The notes below the pieces were generated by a model. That model searched no databases. It was given only the letters and a program-made list of their open reading frames with translations, and had not been told where the DNA came from. From Paraspadella gotoi (taxonomy: Eukaryota; Animalia; Chaetognatha): a stretch of DNA of 64,000 nucleotides. The stretch covers positions 14,829,918 through 14,893,917 of the forward strand of contig CM119269.1 in assembly GCA_051294375.1 (NCBI GenBank), read 5' to 3'. The position numbers were made by a program, and so were the translations under genes. Positions 27,915 through 41,390 of the stretch are shown here, one piece after another; the stretch's first letter is position 1, and every line of letters starts with the position of its first letter.

Positions 27915-29166
27915 CGCATCACTTGATGATTTGTTCACATATTTGTGAACAGTTAAAATGGTTTGGCTTTGTAAACGTACTTATAGATAGATAAACAAAT
28001 TGTAAAAACTGGGTAATCATTATTCTTAGTAGCATTTGAAAGATGTCTTCTCTCATTTAACTTCATCTGTTTGTTGACATAAATTTGTCAGAACAGTTGT
28101 AACAGTTCATCACATTAATAATAAATAAATATTAAAACTTAGATCTGAGGAAAAGAATCGTCAATCATCATGTATTAATATCAAGAGTCTATGATGATGA
28201 TCATGTCGTTTTCACTCATTTGTAGTTACGGTATGTAGCAGTATGAATTGCTCCACGCCTAAATAAAATATGAATTCAAACAGAATTTGAATGAATTGAG
28301 TATGATTTTTATAATGGCGATCATCAATCAGTTATGCTTTCTCAGCAAATGAAAATCTCGAGGAAAGTGCACAGGGCCCTCATTCTTCTTATCTGTTTGC
28401 CGTCAAGGGTTCCTAGACTCGGATTGGAATCCCTTCGGGGGCAGGGTCCGACGTGACAAGTCAGGGTTCATAAATTAAAAAAAAAGAGCCTAGCGAATTT
28501 TTTTAAATTTTATAGAAACTAACTAACAACCAAATATATCAGGTCTCGGACCCTATTATTTCTAGAATTATAGGAAATACATTCCATTTTTAAGTTTTCA
28601 TTGTTAAACTTATGCCCGGGTCGGAGTGTTCTTTTTTTTTCTCTCTTTTTTTTTCTCAACATCCGGGGACGGGGAGTTACGTGGTCGAGGCTGCGCCGCT
28701 GCTCTGCCGCGTGGCCTCGGGAGGGGCGGCGTGAGCTGAAGCAGCCGCCGTCGATTGAGAAAACAGGGAACGAAACTCGCCTTCTCTTTAAGTTTAACTC
28801 GTCCTCTCCGCTGGAGAAACGAAAAAAAACTGTGACGAAACAAAGAGAGATAGAGAGAGAGATCAACTGACTCGGATTCAACTTCGTCCGAGTAAGCCAT
28901 ATTTTTCGACGCGTTTCGGCGACTCGCCCTTGAGAAGGATAAATTGGTGACCCTTAAGGTAGGTTAGTGGGGCGCGAGAAACCACACTTGTTTTGTGTCC
29001 TACAAGGTCCGGCTTGCGAGAAGGACGGAGAAAAAGCTTGAGTTTTTAGTAGATATTAACCATGTGTCTTCGGCTGCAACGGAGATTCGCGGAAAAAACA
29101 CCTGATCATTATTTATTTTTTAGTCATTGTCTTTTTTCCCTCAGTAATTTATATTAACTTAATTTT

Positions 29167-29320
29167 ACTTTGGCCGACCGGGGTTAGGGGTGGTTTAGGG
29201 TTAAAGGTGGTTAATGGGTAGGGTGGTGAGGGTTTAGGTAATTGAATATTTTTTTAAATTTATTAAAAAACATTTTTAAATGGTTTTTCAAAAGATGCCA
29301 AAACCCCGGTCGGCGAAAGT
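29167..29320. mobile_element. Small inverted-repeat element enclosing degenerate TTAGGG-like repeats
   Basis: ACTTTGGCCGACCGGGGTT (29167-29185) and AACCCCGGTCGGCGAAAGT (29302-29320) form an 18/19 inverted repeat. A GGGTTAGGGG..TTTAGGGTT tract lies inside. Confidence 0.6.
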
Positions 29321-29850
29321 TATTAATCTGTAGCAAATTATTGGTTTTTACATAAATAGATATAAATAAAATTATAGAAAAAAGATGGGTCACAATCCTG
29401 AACAGTAAACAATCATGCACAATGTGCAACTTTTAATTTTTTTACGCGAAGCAAACAATTTTTGCGCTTAATTTTATTTTCGCCGACTGGAACCAAACCA
29501 GTCGCTTATTTTTATGTATCAAAACTTTATATATATAATTGATGTTAATAATCAAGCAATTAGGTTTTTTTATTTTGTTTTTTTGCACATGACTTGAGCA
29601 GTGAACATTCGCGATGAAATTCTGTTCTGGTCGGGAATTGAGTAATTATCATTACTTGTTTCACTTTTATTTAGTTTTTGGGTTTCAAAAGATATATACA
29701 TGTATATATATATATGTATATACATGTAATTACCATCCCCGCTTTACCAGGCGCATCAACCAAGTTGGCTGACTGAACTAAGATATGCTTTTTGCGGTTT
29801 TATAACTTGCCTATCTCATATCGAACGTTGATTGAACGAAGAGCTACAGC

Positions 29851-30606
29851 ATGAGTCTAACTTCCGTGGTTCGCTTGGCGTCTCGTACGCAGAGGACGGC
29901 CGTTTTAGGGTAAGGTTTAGGCCCTAAATCAACTTTCATCATAACTCTGCGTTTCACAGTAAATTTCCCTGAAATGGGTAAAAAATCTGATATTTTTTTA
30001 AAATTTTTATCACTTATATGGTTTTAGAATTCAGATTAAATTCAAATTCACGAGCGTTTCATCCGTTATTAAGTTAAATTTGTGAAAGATGCATATTTAT
30101 TAATTATAAATACATGAAATTTTTATAATACATTATTCAAACATGAAGATGGAGACTCGATCGTGGCGTTCAAGCAAGCTGTAATCGTGGTTTTCAAACG
30201 ACGCCCGAACGCCCTGCCGTCAACGTGATACCTGACAGCAATTTAAGAGATATTGAGGAGACCAGGGGATCTTTGTACAAATTAATCTGGAAGGCGAGTC
30301 TTCTTGAGAAAATTTCTCTTATTTTCATAATTTAACTGGTATTAATTTTTCTTTTAGCGCAAATTCACCTGGTTGATCATTTTTGGAGGCATTGGTGCCC
30401 TCATTTTTGAATTGGTCCATCCGGATAAAGAGAACAGAAGCAAACAGCTGATGAAGGACTGGAAGAGTGGAGGGTAAGGCAATCTCGACAGCCATGTCAA
30501 CGGCAAATGGATTTAGTATAACCCAAAACCCTTTGTATTCTATTTCAGATCCTACAACAAACCCGAGAGAGGCATCAAGAAGGACCCTCCCGAACAGTCT
30601 TCCTAA
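29851..30606 (+). CDS. Small (125 aa) predicted mitochondrial single-pass membrane protein, unidentified
   Basis: Exons 29851-29909, 30149-30293, 30358-30473, 30549-30606 join in frame (378 nt; intron 2 has a GC donor, AAG|GCGAGT). Protein: MSLTSVVRLASRTQRTAVLGWRLDRGVQASCNRGFQTTPERPAVNVIPDSNLRDIEETRGSLYKLIWKRKFTWLIIFGGIGALIFELVHPDKENRSKQLMKDWKSGGSYNKPERGIKKDPPEQSS. Confidence 0.7.
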
Positions 30607-32360
30607 AAATGTGCAAATTGTTTTTAACCATTCAAAGCTCGTGTTTCGTTATTTTTTCAATATGACTTTATTAATTACCGGGATTAAAAGCGTCTTTTAT
30701 TGCTTAATCCTTTGCCCTGCGTTTTTTCGGTTTTTTTGATAAATAGAAATAAAATTAATTTGATGTGTATCGATAATGATTTCAGTCCAATAAATATGAG
30801 TCACTTGAAAAATTTTTTTTTTTATCACGACTGCAGAATTATTGTGATTAGTAATCACCGACTACTTGTTAGCAAGTGTATGAGGTTAGCGTTCAGAGCA
30901 TTACTAATGTTTGTCATCAATTTAAATCCATACGACGGTTTATTATTTCTAAAATAATTGAAATTGCAATCAAAAAGTAGAATATAATATGATTAATTTT
31001 TGTCAAAAAAAATTAATTATTAATAATGAAACAACGTTAAACATTAGACCTTACTGCAATATTTTTAAACAAAAGTTACATCACATGGCCTTCGCAAGGT
31101 TGAACCTCGATTTTTTTTCCATCGTGCGATTAGCGGTCGTCAGATTCCAGCACCTATTTGTTTAAAGGATTGTCTCCCTGCGTTTTAAGACAAAAGGACA
31201 ATTCTTTCTTCCTGCTTAATTCCTGCAAAAAATTCCTACAAAAAAAATCCTTGCAGTGCAACGATAAAAATTGTCGTTTTCGTTACACCTTTTTCCTACC
31301 TTTTCATTTGCATAATATTATTTTATATACATAAGTACGATTTTGGCCGAGAATTGGCTTCACACGGTTCAAGCGAAGGCAAAATAGAACGTGGAATAGT
31401 CGACAAAGAAAGACGGAAGAAACTTCCGTCGTGTCAACACATTTCTTTTTTTCTTTTTTTTTTGCGTCTTTTAAAGACGATCTCGATCTCGGAACCATTC
31501 CTAATGTTGCTAATTACGGATTCTTGAAAAAACTCGTCTGTTATTTATTTTTTCAAAGTTAAACTGACTCGTCAACAAACAGCCTCGCCGAGTTAATAAG
31601 TATTTAACTTATAAGCCCGTATTCTACTTTATATACACATTAAACAAGCATTTTTCACTCAAACTCATTTTATTTACAAATATTATCACTGTCACAAACA
31701 ATTTGTAAAGTTGTGAAAAAAAGTAAACACTTCTAACTTAAAACATGTAATCTCGAAACCGTTGCTTCCGGATATAGTATATATCGTTGACACAACGTTA
31801 AATGTGACATGGAATCAAGTCGGTAATAAATGGAACGGGAAGTAAGAATAATAATAATAATAATAGTTATAATACTTAGGATGATTCAACTCACACAAGG
31901 CAGACGTCAAAGAACTGGACGTTTGTATCAATCTTCAGTCAAACACGAACGGATCCCGATAACGGGAATTAGACGCGGATAAAAATCGAAATGGATATCA
32001 TTAGTCAGGACGACGTCAAAGTCAGTGAAAAGTAACGAATAAAAAACAATGTTGCCACTGCATTCGGCGGTTTTTTGAGAAGCGATAATCAAACGTAAGA
32101 CGGGGATGATGCAGACGACAAGGACGCGAAAACATCGAAAATAAGAATGGGCTAAGTTCAACTCAATTGCCATGGGAACCAAAAGGCAAGATCCTCGCGC
32201 AATCACGAGTTTAAGTTTTTAGATATTGGTTTCGCGTGCGTCGTTGCAAAGGCAAGACATGGAAGGGTTATTTGTTGATTTTACTTATTAAGTCGCGGTT
32301 TAGTTTGTTATGGTGTACAATTAAGTGTCAAATCTTTTTCGTTGTTGTTCTTGTTGTTGA

Positions 32361-34434
32361 TTAAACGATAACTTCATACAGCGTCCTCTTGACTGGCTTT
32401 TGGAAGAGCGGCTGAGTCGGGCGATTGGCCGGCTGAGGGGCGGGGGGTTCCGACGCCGAATACCCGCTATCGGATCCGTCGGGTTTGACCGACTTCTTGA
32501 GGTCGTCCTCGAAGTCTATGATGTAGGGACTTTGGACGTCGCCGCGTCGAAGGGCCAGGCTTGAGTCTACGACATCCGGGTGATTCACGCGGTGATGGGG
32601 GTTGTTGTTGAAGGCGGAGTTGGGGGGAAGGGGCCACTCCATTCGCCCGGCGGGAGCGGCTTTGACGGGGGCGGTGTTGAAATGACCGGAGAGTCGATGA
32701 TGGGGGTGTTGGGAGTTGTGGGTGTGGTTGTGTTGTGGGTGGAAGGGCTGAGGGAAACCGTTGACGCCCGCCGTAGCGCCGTTGGGAGTCTGCGTGGAAT
32801 AAATCCCGGCGACGTCGCCCGGAGACGCCTCCAACGCCGGATTGTCGTGGTGACCGGCGCCGATTTCGGGCGCCTTCTCCACGTCATAGTCCAAAGCCGG
32901 GTTTTTCTCGAGAGTCGGCGCCCTCCTGCCGCGCACGACGCCGCGGAGGCAGAAGCAGACGCCGAGGATGAGGAGGACGAGGACGAAGACGACGGCGGCG
33001 ACGACGGCGACGACGACGGTGAGAACGCCGTTGTCGGGCAGCATCAGCGTCTCCCACGGTCCGCAAACGTCGGGCTTGTCAGCTACGCAGACTGCGGCGC
33101 GGACGGCCCCCAATTGGCTCGGTAGCGAATGGCGCGCGATGTCGGCGTCGGCGCAGGGGGCGTGGCTCTCGAAAGAATCGGCGTCTCGTCCGCGGACTTC
33201 AATCTTGATGCACTTGCGCCACGTGGCGGCGCGACTGGCGTTGTAGCGGAGCGTAAGACCGCCGTTGGCCACGCCCAAGTTTTGTGGCGTCGGAAGGTCG
33301 TCGCGCTTCACCGGAAATTCACGCGTCATGAACGACGTCTCCCGAGTGACGCTGAACCCGTGGGCGTTACGGGACATCATGCGCGCCACGTAACGGGTCG
33401 CTGGTTGGAGAGTGGTGAGCTCAAAGACGAAGGGTTCTCCTGAGAAGATGATGAACAATGTTTGTAAGTATCAAAGCATATTATTAGCAGGTTCATATAC
33501 TGAGTTTAATTATTACTATGGTTTATAATCAAAAATAAATAAATTCAAACAATTACAAAGCTTTATAATCATTATTCAATGACCGTTTTAACTTTCTCTC
33601 ACCTTCAAACCCGATCTCGAGCCTCTTGGGGATGGCCTCGGTGTGCGGGTCCATCTCCACAAAAAAGGTCTGTGACAATCCGCCGTTGAAACCGGAGGTC
33701 CACGTCAGCGTCGCCGCGTTGAATTTAACGTCGGTGACGGAGACGGTCGTCGGTGGATCCGGTTTCGAGGAGACCTGCGTGAGTGATTTCAGAATGAGGT
33801 AATGTGTCGTGAGTTTTGAAGAGTCTCTGGATCACCAGCAGATAAAATATAATGCAAATGATGTCCGAAACTGAGGCTTAGAGAAAATTAATGGTCAATC
33901 CGGAGTTCAACTGAAGCAATTAATTGTATTAGTATTTATTACTAATAAAGAATTGTTATCCTGACTTCGATACTTTGAGTTTTCATCAAATCCCCGACTT
34001 TCTGGTAATAATATGATTCATCCTACCTTCAACTCCATGGTGATCTGGTCTTTGCCGAAAGCGTTCTCCGCGGCGCACTCGTACGTTCCCAAGTCGTCCC
34101 TGGCGACCGACTCGAAGCGAAGGATGCTGTAGAAGGTGTCGTCCACTCGAGTGGAGGTGACTTCGAGCCCCGCCTCCGCCACGACCTTCGTAAACGTCGG
34201 CGACGATGAAGGCGACGACGACGACGACGGCGACGAGCGTCTCCAGGAGAATTCGGGCGGGGGGTAGGCCGTCGCTACGCAACGAAGCTCCGCGACTGCG
34301 CCGAGGTTGAAGGCGAACTTGGTAACGCTCTGGTGGAGGAATTGAGGAACGAGATTAGTTGATGATCTTGAATTTGTATCTGGCGTTATCTCTGTGTTTG
34401 TGTGCTTCTTTCTCTGCTCAGGTTTTTTATCTCT

Positions 34435-34489
<55 letters not shown>

Positions 34490-34495
34490 TCTTCT

Positions 34496-34570
<75 letters not shown>

Positions 34571-37500
34571 ACCTTCCTCGAGCCTCGGCTCGTATTCCAC
34601 GTTGAGCTTTCCCCATTTTTGAACTCTTTTTTTGGCACTCCCCCACCCGTTATCCGCTCTGCAGGCGAAGGCGCCCTTGTCCTCGGGTTGGATTCGGTCG
34701 AAGGGACTGCGGACGGAGTCGTCGCCGCCCACGCCGCTCAGGTTCAACTCGCTCGTCGTCTCGTCGCCGGTAGAGGCGCCTTAAGTTAAGGGGATTTAAG
34801 GGGATTAAGGCTGATAAAATTCAACCAACAATTTAGCAGATTGAAATTTTTATTTTTTTAAATTTTTCTTATTTCTAATTTTTTTTACTTTTCGCGAAAT
34901 AAGTAAAAAAACCCTGAATTTCATGAACAAATAACGTTTGGTTTTTAAAATAATTATCTTAAAATTAAAATCTATTGAATGCTTTTTATTACCCCCTTAA
35001 AAAATCCAAATTCACCCAAATCTCTTACTTTTAATGTCGTAGAGCGATCCGCTGTTTAATTTCGCTCCGTCTTTGAACCACGTGATGTTGGGCGCGGGTC
35101 TGCCCTCTGCCCGACAACTGAGACTGAAGGTTTGCCCGGCGGCGACGGTGGCGTCGGCAAGATTGGAGAGAAGCGTCGGCGCCAAGTTGACGGCGACGTC
35201 GACGCGGGCGGCGAGACCGTCGCCGAGGGCGTTCTTGCCGTAGCAGGCGTAGACGCCTGGCGTGGATAAAAATGAGTTTAAAATTATAGTTATAGTTATA
35301 GCTAAGGTGAAAAAAGTCGATTGAAATTGGTACAACCGATATTAACCATTTATCCTCTCATGCAACAAATTCGCTATCTTTTCTCCTGACTTTGAACAAT
35401 GGACAAATTGGACATAGCAAAGGCCACTATTGGTTAAGACTCAAGACTCTCTCTGTCGGCCTTGTTTAATTATTTTTAGAGCAATAAGGCTATTGTGTTG
35501 CGTCCACACTATCTTGCTTTGTCGTATTAGAAATAATACATTTTCAAATCATAAAAGTCTTCATTTGTAGAATTATTTATATATTAGTATATACTATAAA
35601 CTACGCAGTAACTTTCCTCTTTACCCTAACATTAAACTGTTTGACGAAAGCCTTTTCAACTTCTCCCTTTCACTTCGCCCCGCTAACCCACCCAGCCCTT
35701 TCCCTCTCCTCTCAGCCTTACCTTCGTCGTCCAGCTGCGCGTTGGAGATAGAGAGGGTGTCGGCGATGCTGGTTTCTCCGTTGGGTTTCGTCCAGTGGAT
35801 CGTCGCCTTCGGGATTCCGAAGTCTTCGAGGAGGCATTTCACCGTCGCCGTTTCGCCCTGGATTAATGATAATATTCGAATTGATTGAATAATTGATTTA
35901 TTAAATTATTTACCGATTGATTATTTATTTATTTAATTAATTGATGATTATGGTAATTTGCTTCAATTTATCGATTCTTTTGATGTTTGACAGAATTGAT
36001 TTTTATTATTAATTTAATACTTTGATTTATTGATTGATATGATGATTGGATGATTGCCCGACTGATTTCCAGAGTCTTTTTTCCTCCCCTCCCTCTCCGC
36101 CCTTCCCGTGAAAGATGTTGCTCGTATTTGACCAGATGACCTTAATTCTCTCGGTATTGATCGTTTGGGTCATTTTCAGCTCTCTATTCTTTTCTTTTCT
36201 TTCTCACCTGCAGTATGTTAGCGTTCCCCTGCACCGAGGCTTTTCCCGGTTTGTGTCTGACGACGATCCTCGTGATCGCCGTCCCTCGCTCGTACTCCAA
36301 CGCGCCAACCGTGGGCACGAGGGTGTTCATGCTGGTGCACTCGTACTCGCCGGCGAGATCGCGTCTTACGGCGTCGACGCGGAGAAAGCGCGACTGGGAG
36401 ACGACGTCGTTGTTGCGGCGCCAGACGACGCTGTCCGGGCGAGGGTTGGCCTCGACGATGCATTCCAGCTCGAGAGCGGCGCCTGGTGGAGGATGACAAA
36501 AAAGGGTTGGGAGAGGGCGGTGTGGTTTTTTTTTTTTCAAATTGTCGAGTCAATGATTTTCATTTTACTAAAGAATTTTAGTGATTTATTTAGGCTACTG
36601 TTTTAAACGTAAAATATAATCTATTTTATGCCACAGGAATCGTGTGGATTTTTCTTTTTTAAAAGTAATTTAATACGAACCTAAACAGAACAAGTTAAAC
36701 AAACGACAAACTGAAACCAGATTTCACAAGTTGAGAAATTAACTTACCTTCGTCGACTTCGTGGACGGGGGCCACTTGTACATCGGGTCTGAAGAGGACA
36801 TTCAAATTGAGACTGGCCTCGCCGGATCCGATCGGGTTGGACACCTTCGCGAAGAGGGGGGGAGGAAAGTAAAGAAAGGTAAGTTAACTTGAAAAATAAT
36901 ATGCAAAACAAGTTCCATTCTCTTCAAAGTTCTCTCCAAAAACCGCGACCCACCTTGCATCGATATTCTCCCTTCTCCTCCCGGTCGACGGCCTTCAACG
37001 CCAGCACGCCTCCCCGCTCCGCCAATCGCGTCGTCGATCCCTCGAATGTCCTCGTCCACTCGAAAACGTCGACGGGCGGATTGGCGTCCACTTCGCAGGT
37101 GACGTTGGCGTTGCGTCCCTCGATCACGCGTAACTGGTCGTCGGAGGCGGGGGCCAGGCGCACGCGCGGACGGAAGTTGACGGAGACGGTGACGGTGGAG
37201 ACGAGCGGCGCGGAGATGGCGCTGTTTTTGACCGAGCAACTGGAAGGAAAGAGATTGGTGAATGGTGAAAGAAGATGCTTCAAGCGGGTTGTTGAAAAAA
37301 TCGCGGGAGAGAAAATAAAATTAAAAACAAAATGTTATTTTCGAGGGGGGAAATAAAAAAAATATAATGAATAAATAAATAAATATATATATATATATAT
37401 ATAAATAAATTACTAATGAAATTACTAAATAAATGAATATAAAAAGAAATCAAAAATAAATAAATTTAAAAAAAATCGTAATTTAATTCATAAATAAATA

Positions 37501-38397
37501 GATAAATAAAAATTAAATACATAAATAAATAAAATATTCATGCCCCTCGAAGTACAATTCACGTGATTGCGTCCTCCTCTTTGACTCACCCAAAGGTGGC
37601 GCCGTGATCCTCTCGCGCGAACTTGTGGGTGAGTATCGACTTCGTGGCTCGAGGGTCGTCGAAGTCCATCCGGCTCCGGGTGAGTTCGACGCCGGGCGTT
37701 CCGGCGTCGCTTCCCGGCGTCCGCCGCGTCCACACGATTTCCGGCCTGGGATTTCCGGTCACCCGATTCGCAGGTCAAATCCACTTCGCTTCCCTCGACA
37801 AAGGGACTCGAGAGGCTGAGACCTTCGCCGGCGGAGATGGTAGGGGGGCCTGGGGAAGGGGAGGGCGAGGTGGTTTGGGGGAGGGGGTTAGGTGGTGGGT
37901 GGGGTGAGGTGGGTAAAGGAGAAAAAGTTGTTGTTTAATGACTTGAGAAAAAAAAAACAAAAGTAGAAATGATGTATAGCTGCTCCCTCTATTCGCAGAA
38001 GTCAACACTAACTACCCTCGTTCCGTCTCAAAAATAACATTTTAAATAAGGCTTATTATTTACATATTTTTTATTTATATCTAAACAAATCATTTTAGCA
38101 CTTTTCAATCTGTTCATAAATAGTCGCGCAACTTTTACCCTCTCATAAGATAACTCACTCGGCGGGACGAGCACGACGACCCTGGCGTCCTTGAGATCCT
38201 CTCCGCCCTGGCAGATGTACTTCCCGTTGTGCAGATCGAAGTCGACGTCGTCGATGCGGAGGTCGAACCCGTTCTCCGTCCGCATGTTGGGGTCGGAACC
38301 CATCGGGGTCACCGAGCCCTTCCGGTCGCGGAAGAACAGCACCTGGTTGGGGAGGGGAAAGGATAGGAGGGGATCATAGTCGTCGTCGTTGTCGTCG

Positions 38398-38464
<67 letters not shown>

Positions 38465-38771
38465 TATCGTCGTCGTCGTCGTCATCATCATCCTCACCTT
38501 AGGAACCACGTCTGCCTTCATCCACGTGAGGGTCACGTTTTTTCCTTGGACTTCGCACTCCAGAGTCACCGATTCACCGGGACGGACGTTTTGGCTGAAA
38601 ATAATAATTAATATATGTAGTTTTGAAAATAAAAATAGTAATTTTATAATTCAATCCATCCGCTGATGCTGAAACTGACCTCCATTGGTACTTGGTCCTT
38701 GCAACGCGTCGCCACCAACGACGATGCCAAAGAAAAGTCACGACGACGAATCCGGAAACGATCGACGCCAT
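32361..38771 (-). CDS. Echinoid/fred/nephrin-like immunoglobulin-superfamily adhesion protein (multiple Ig, FN3, TM, PDZ-binding tail)
   Basis: About 13 exons with Ig motifs (VTLECEV, NGKYIC, CEVDANPP, LECIVEANP, GEYEC, CRAEGRPAPNITWFKDG, GAFACRADN, GTYECAAENAFG), FN3 (LTWTSGFNGG, LQPATRYVARM), TM VLTVVVAVVAAVVFVLVLLILGVCFCL and C-terminus LYEVIV (Drosophila Echinoid ends EIIV). One apparent +1 frameshift near 37763. Confidence 0.82.
35322..35430 (+). mobile_element. Repeat family A copy in IgSF gene intron
   Basis: TGAAATTGGTACAACCGAT...GCTATCTTTTCTCCTGACTTTG. Confidence 0.6.
38378..38492. repeat. (TCA)n/(TCG)n microsatellite in IgSF intron
   Basis: Direct reading. It explains the poly-Met in the ORF track. 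Confidence 0.95.
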
Positions 38772-39314
38772 TTTGAATTCACTTCCGGTTTTTTTGGGTT
38801 TTTTGTTTTTTGTTTTGTTTTTTTCTTCTTTCGAATTTGCGTTGAGCCGCAGTTTGTGCGACTTTAAAACTGATTTATATTAGTGTTTAATTAGTTCAAT
38901 AACTTTTTTTCATGATGATTTTATCTTAACAGGGGTCAAACGCTCCGTTTTCACAGTTTCTCCCCCTTTTTCACTTTCCCCTCTTTTCACACGCATCCAA
39001 CCTCACGCAATTAAGGATGGCACCGAAGTTATAAACTTTCCAAATTTTTTTTTCTTTAGAAAAAAAAAATGGGATGAGACCGAAAGAAAGAAGAGGATTA
39101 AGTCTTTGGCAAAAGATGTGCGACCAAAAGCTCTTCTTTTTTTTATTCACTTTGTTGTTCTTTTTTCTTCTTTGTTTTTCTTCAGTTTTAAGTTTTAGGT
39201 TTGGATGTTTCGGGTTTTTTAAGTTTTTTCGTTGTTTTCTTTTTTTGTCTCTCAAAGACAATCGAATCGTTTGTGGCTTCGCTTTTGGTGAGAAATCTGG
39301 AAGAAGAAGAAAGG

Positions 39315-39339
39315 NNNNNNNNNNNNNNNNNNNNNNNNN
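39315..39339. other. Assembly gap (25 N) at duplication junction
   Basis: N run. Other gaps at 58740-58749 and 61288-61415. Confidence 0.99.
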
Positions 39340-41390
39340 GTCTCTGTTGATGGGTTTTGCTAAATGCTATGGAAGACTGACATCACTTGATGATTTGTTT
39401 CACATAGTGAAAGTTATATTTTAAATGGTTTGGCTTTGTTAAACGACTTATAGATAGATAAACAAATGTTAAAACTGGGGTAATCATTATTCCTTAGTAA
39501 GCATTTGAAAGATGTCTCTTCTCATTTAACTTCACTCTGTATTGTTGACCATTAAAATTTGTCTCAGAACAGTTTGTAACAGTTCATCACATTACATAAT
39601 AAAAAATATTAAAACTTAGATCTGAGGAAAAGAACTACGTCATCACTCATTATTTAATATCAACGAGTCTATCGATGATGATCATGTCGTTTTCACTCAT
39701 TTGTAGTTAGGTTATGTAGCCAGTATAATTGCTCCAACGCCTAAATAAAATATGATTCAAACAATTTGAATGAATTGAGTAGATTTTTATAATGGCGATC
39801 ATCAATCAGTTTGCTTCTCAGCAAATGAAAATCTCGAGGAAAGTGCACAGGCCCTCATTCTTCTTATCTGGTGCCGTTCAAGGGTTTCCTAGACTCGGAT
39901 TGGATCCTTCGGGGCAGGGCCGAACGTGACAAGTCAGGGTTCATAAATTAAAAAAAAAGAGCCTTTTAGCGAATTTTTTTTAAATTTTATTAGAAACTAA
40001 CTAACAACCAAAATATAATCAGGTCTCGGACCCTATTTATTTCTTAGAATTATAGGAAATACATTTCCATTTTTAAGTTTTCATTGTTAAACTTATGCCC
40101 GGGTCGGAGGAGTGTTCTTTTTTTCTCTCTTCTTTTTTTTCTCAAACATCCGGGACGGGGAGTTACAGTGGTCGAGGCTGCGCCGCCTGCTCTTGCCGCG
40201 TGGCCTCGGGGAGGGGCGGCGTGAGCTGAAATCAGCCGCCCGTCGATGAGAAAAACAGGGAACGAAACTCGCCTTTCTCTTTAAGTTTAACTCGTCCTCT
40301 CCGCTTGGAGAAACGAAAAAAAAACTGTGGACGAAACAAGAGAGATAGAGAGAGAGAGATCACTGACTCGGATTCACTTCGTCCGAGTTAGCCATATTTT
40401 TCCGACCGCGTTTCGGCGACTCGCCCTTGAGCAAGGAATAAAATTGCAGTGGACCCTTAAGGTTAGTGTTAGTGGGCGCGAGAAACCACACTTGTTTTGT
40501 GTCCTACAAGGTCCGGCTTTGCGAGAAGGACGGAGGAAAAAAGCGTGAGTTTTTAGTAGATTATTAACCATGTGTCGTTTCGGCTGCAACGGAGATTCGC
40601 GGAAAAAAACACCTGATCATTATTTATTTATTAGTCATTGTCTTTTTTTTCCCTCAGTAATTTATATTAACTTAATTTTACTTTGGCCGACCGGGGTTAG
40701 GGGATGTTAGGGTTAAAGGTGGTTAATGGTTAGGGTGGTTGAGGGTTTATGGTAATTGAATATTTTTTTAAATTTATTAAAAAAACATTTTTTAAATGGT
40801 TTTTTCAAAAGATGCCAAAACCCCGGTCGGGCGAAAGTTATTAATCTTAGCAAATTATTTGGTTTTTACATAAATAGATATAAATAAAAATTATAGAAAA
40901 AAGATGGGTCACAATCCTGAACAGTAAAACCAATCTTTGCACAATGTGCAACTTTTAATTTTTTTTTACGCGAAAGCAAACAATTTTTGCCTAATTTTTA
41001 TTTTCGCCGACTGGAACCAAACCAGTCGCTTATTTTTTATGTATCAAAACTTTGTATATATTATAATTTGTGTTAATAATCAAGCAATAGAGTTTTTTTA
41101 TTTTGTTTTTTTGCACATGACTTGAAGGGCAGTGAACATTCGCGAGATTGAAATTCTAATGTTCTGGTCGGGAATTGAGTAATTATCATACTTGTTTCCA
41201 CTTTTATTTAGTTTTTTGGGTTTCAAAAGATAATACATGTATATATATATATGTAATAAATACATGTAATTACCATCCCCGCTTTAACCAGGCGGCATCA
41301 ACCAAGTGGCTTGGACTGAAACTAAGATATGCTTTTTGCGGTATAACTTGCCTATCTCATATCGAACGGTTGATGAACGAAGAGTACAGC

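Noticed and set aside
28355-28470. RNase P/MRP or HDV-like ribozyme (GAGGAAAGT, CCC-TTCG-GGG, GGGTTCC/GGAATCC)
   Set aside because: Motif spacing is too short for either fold and the required helices are missing.
39340-39385. Second PKS gene
   Set aside because: Only the last ~40 bp of the final exon, at the start of the suspect duplicate.
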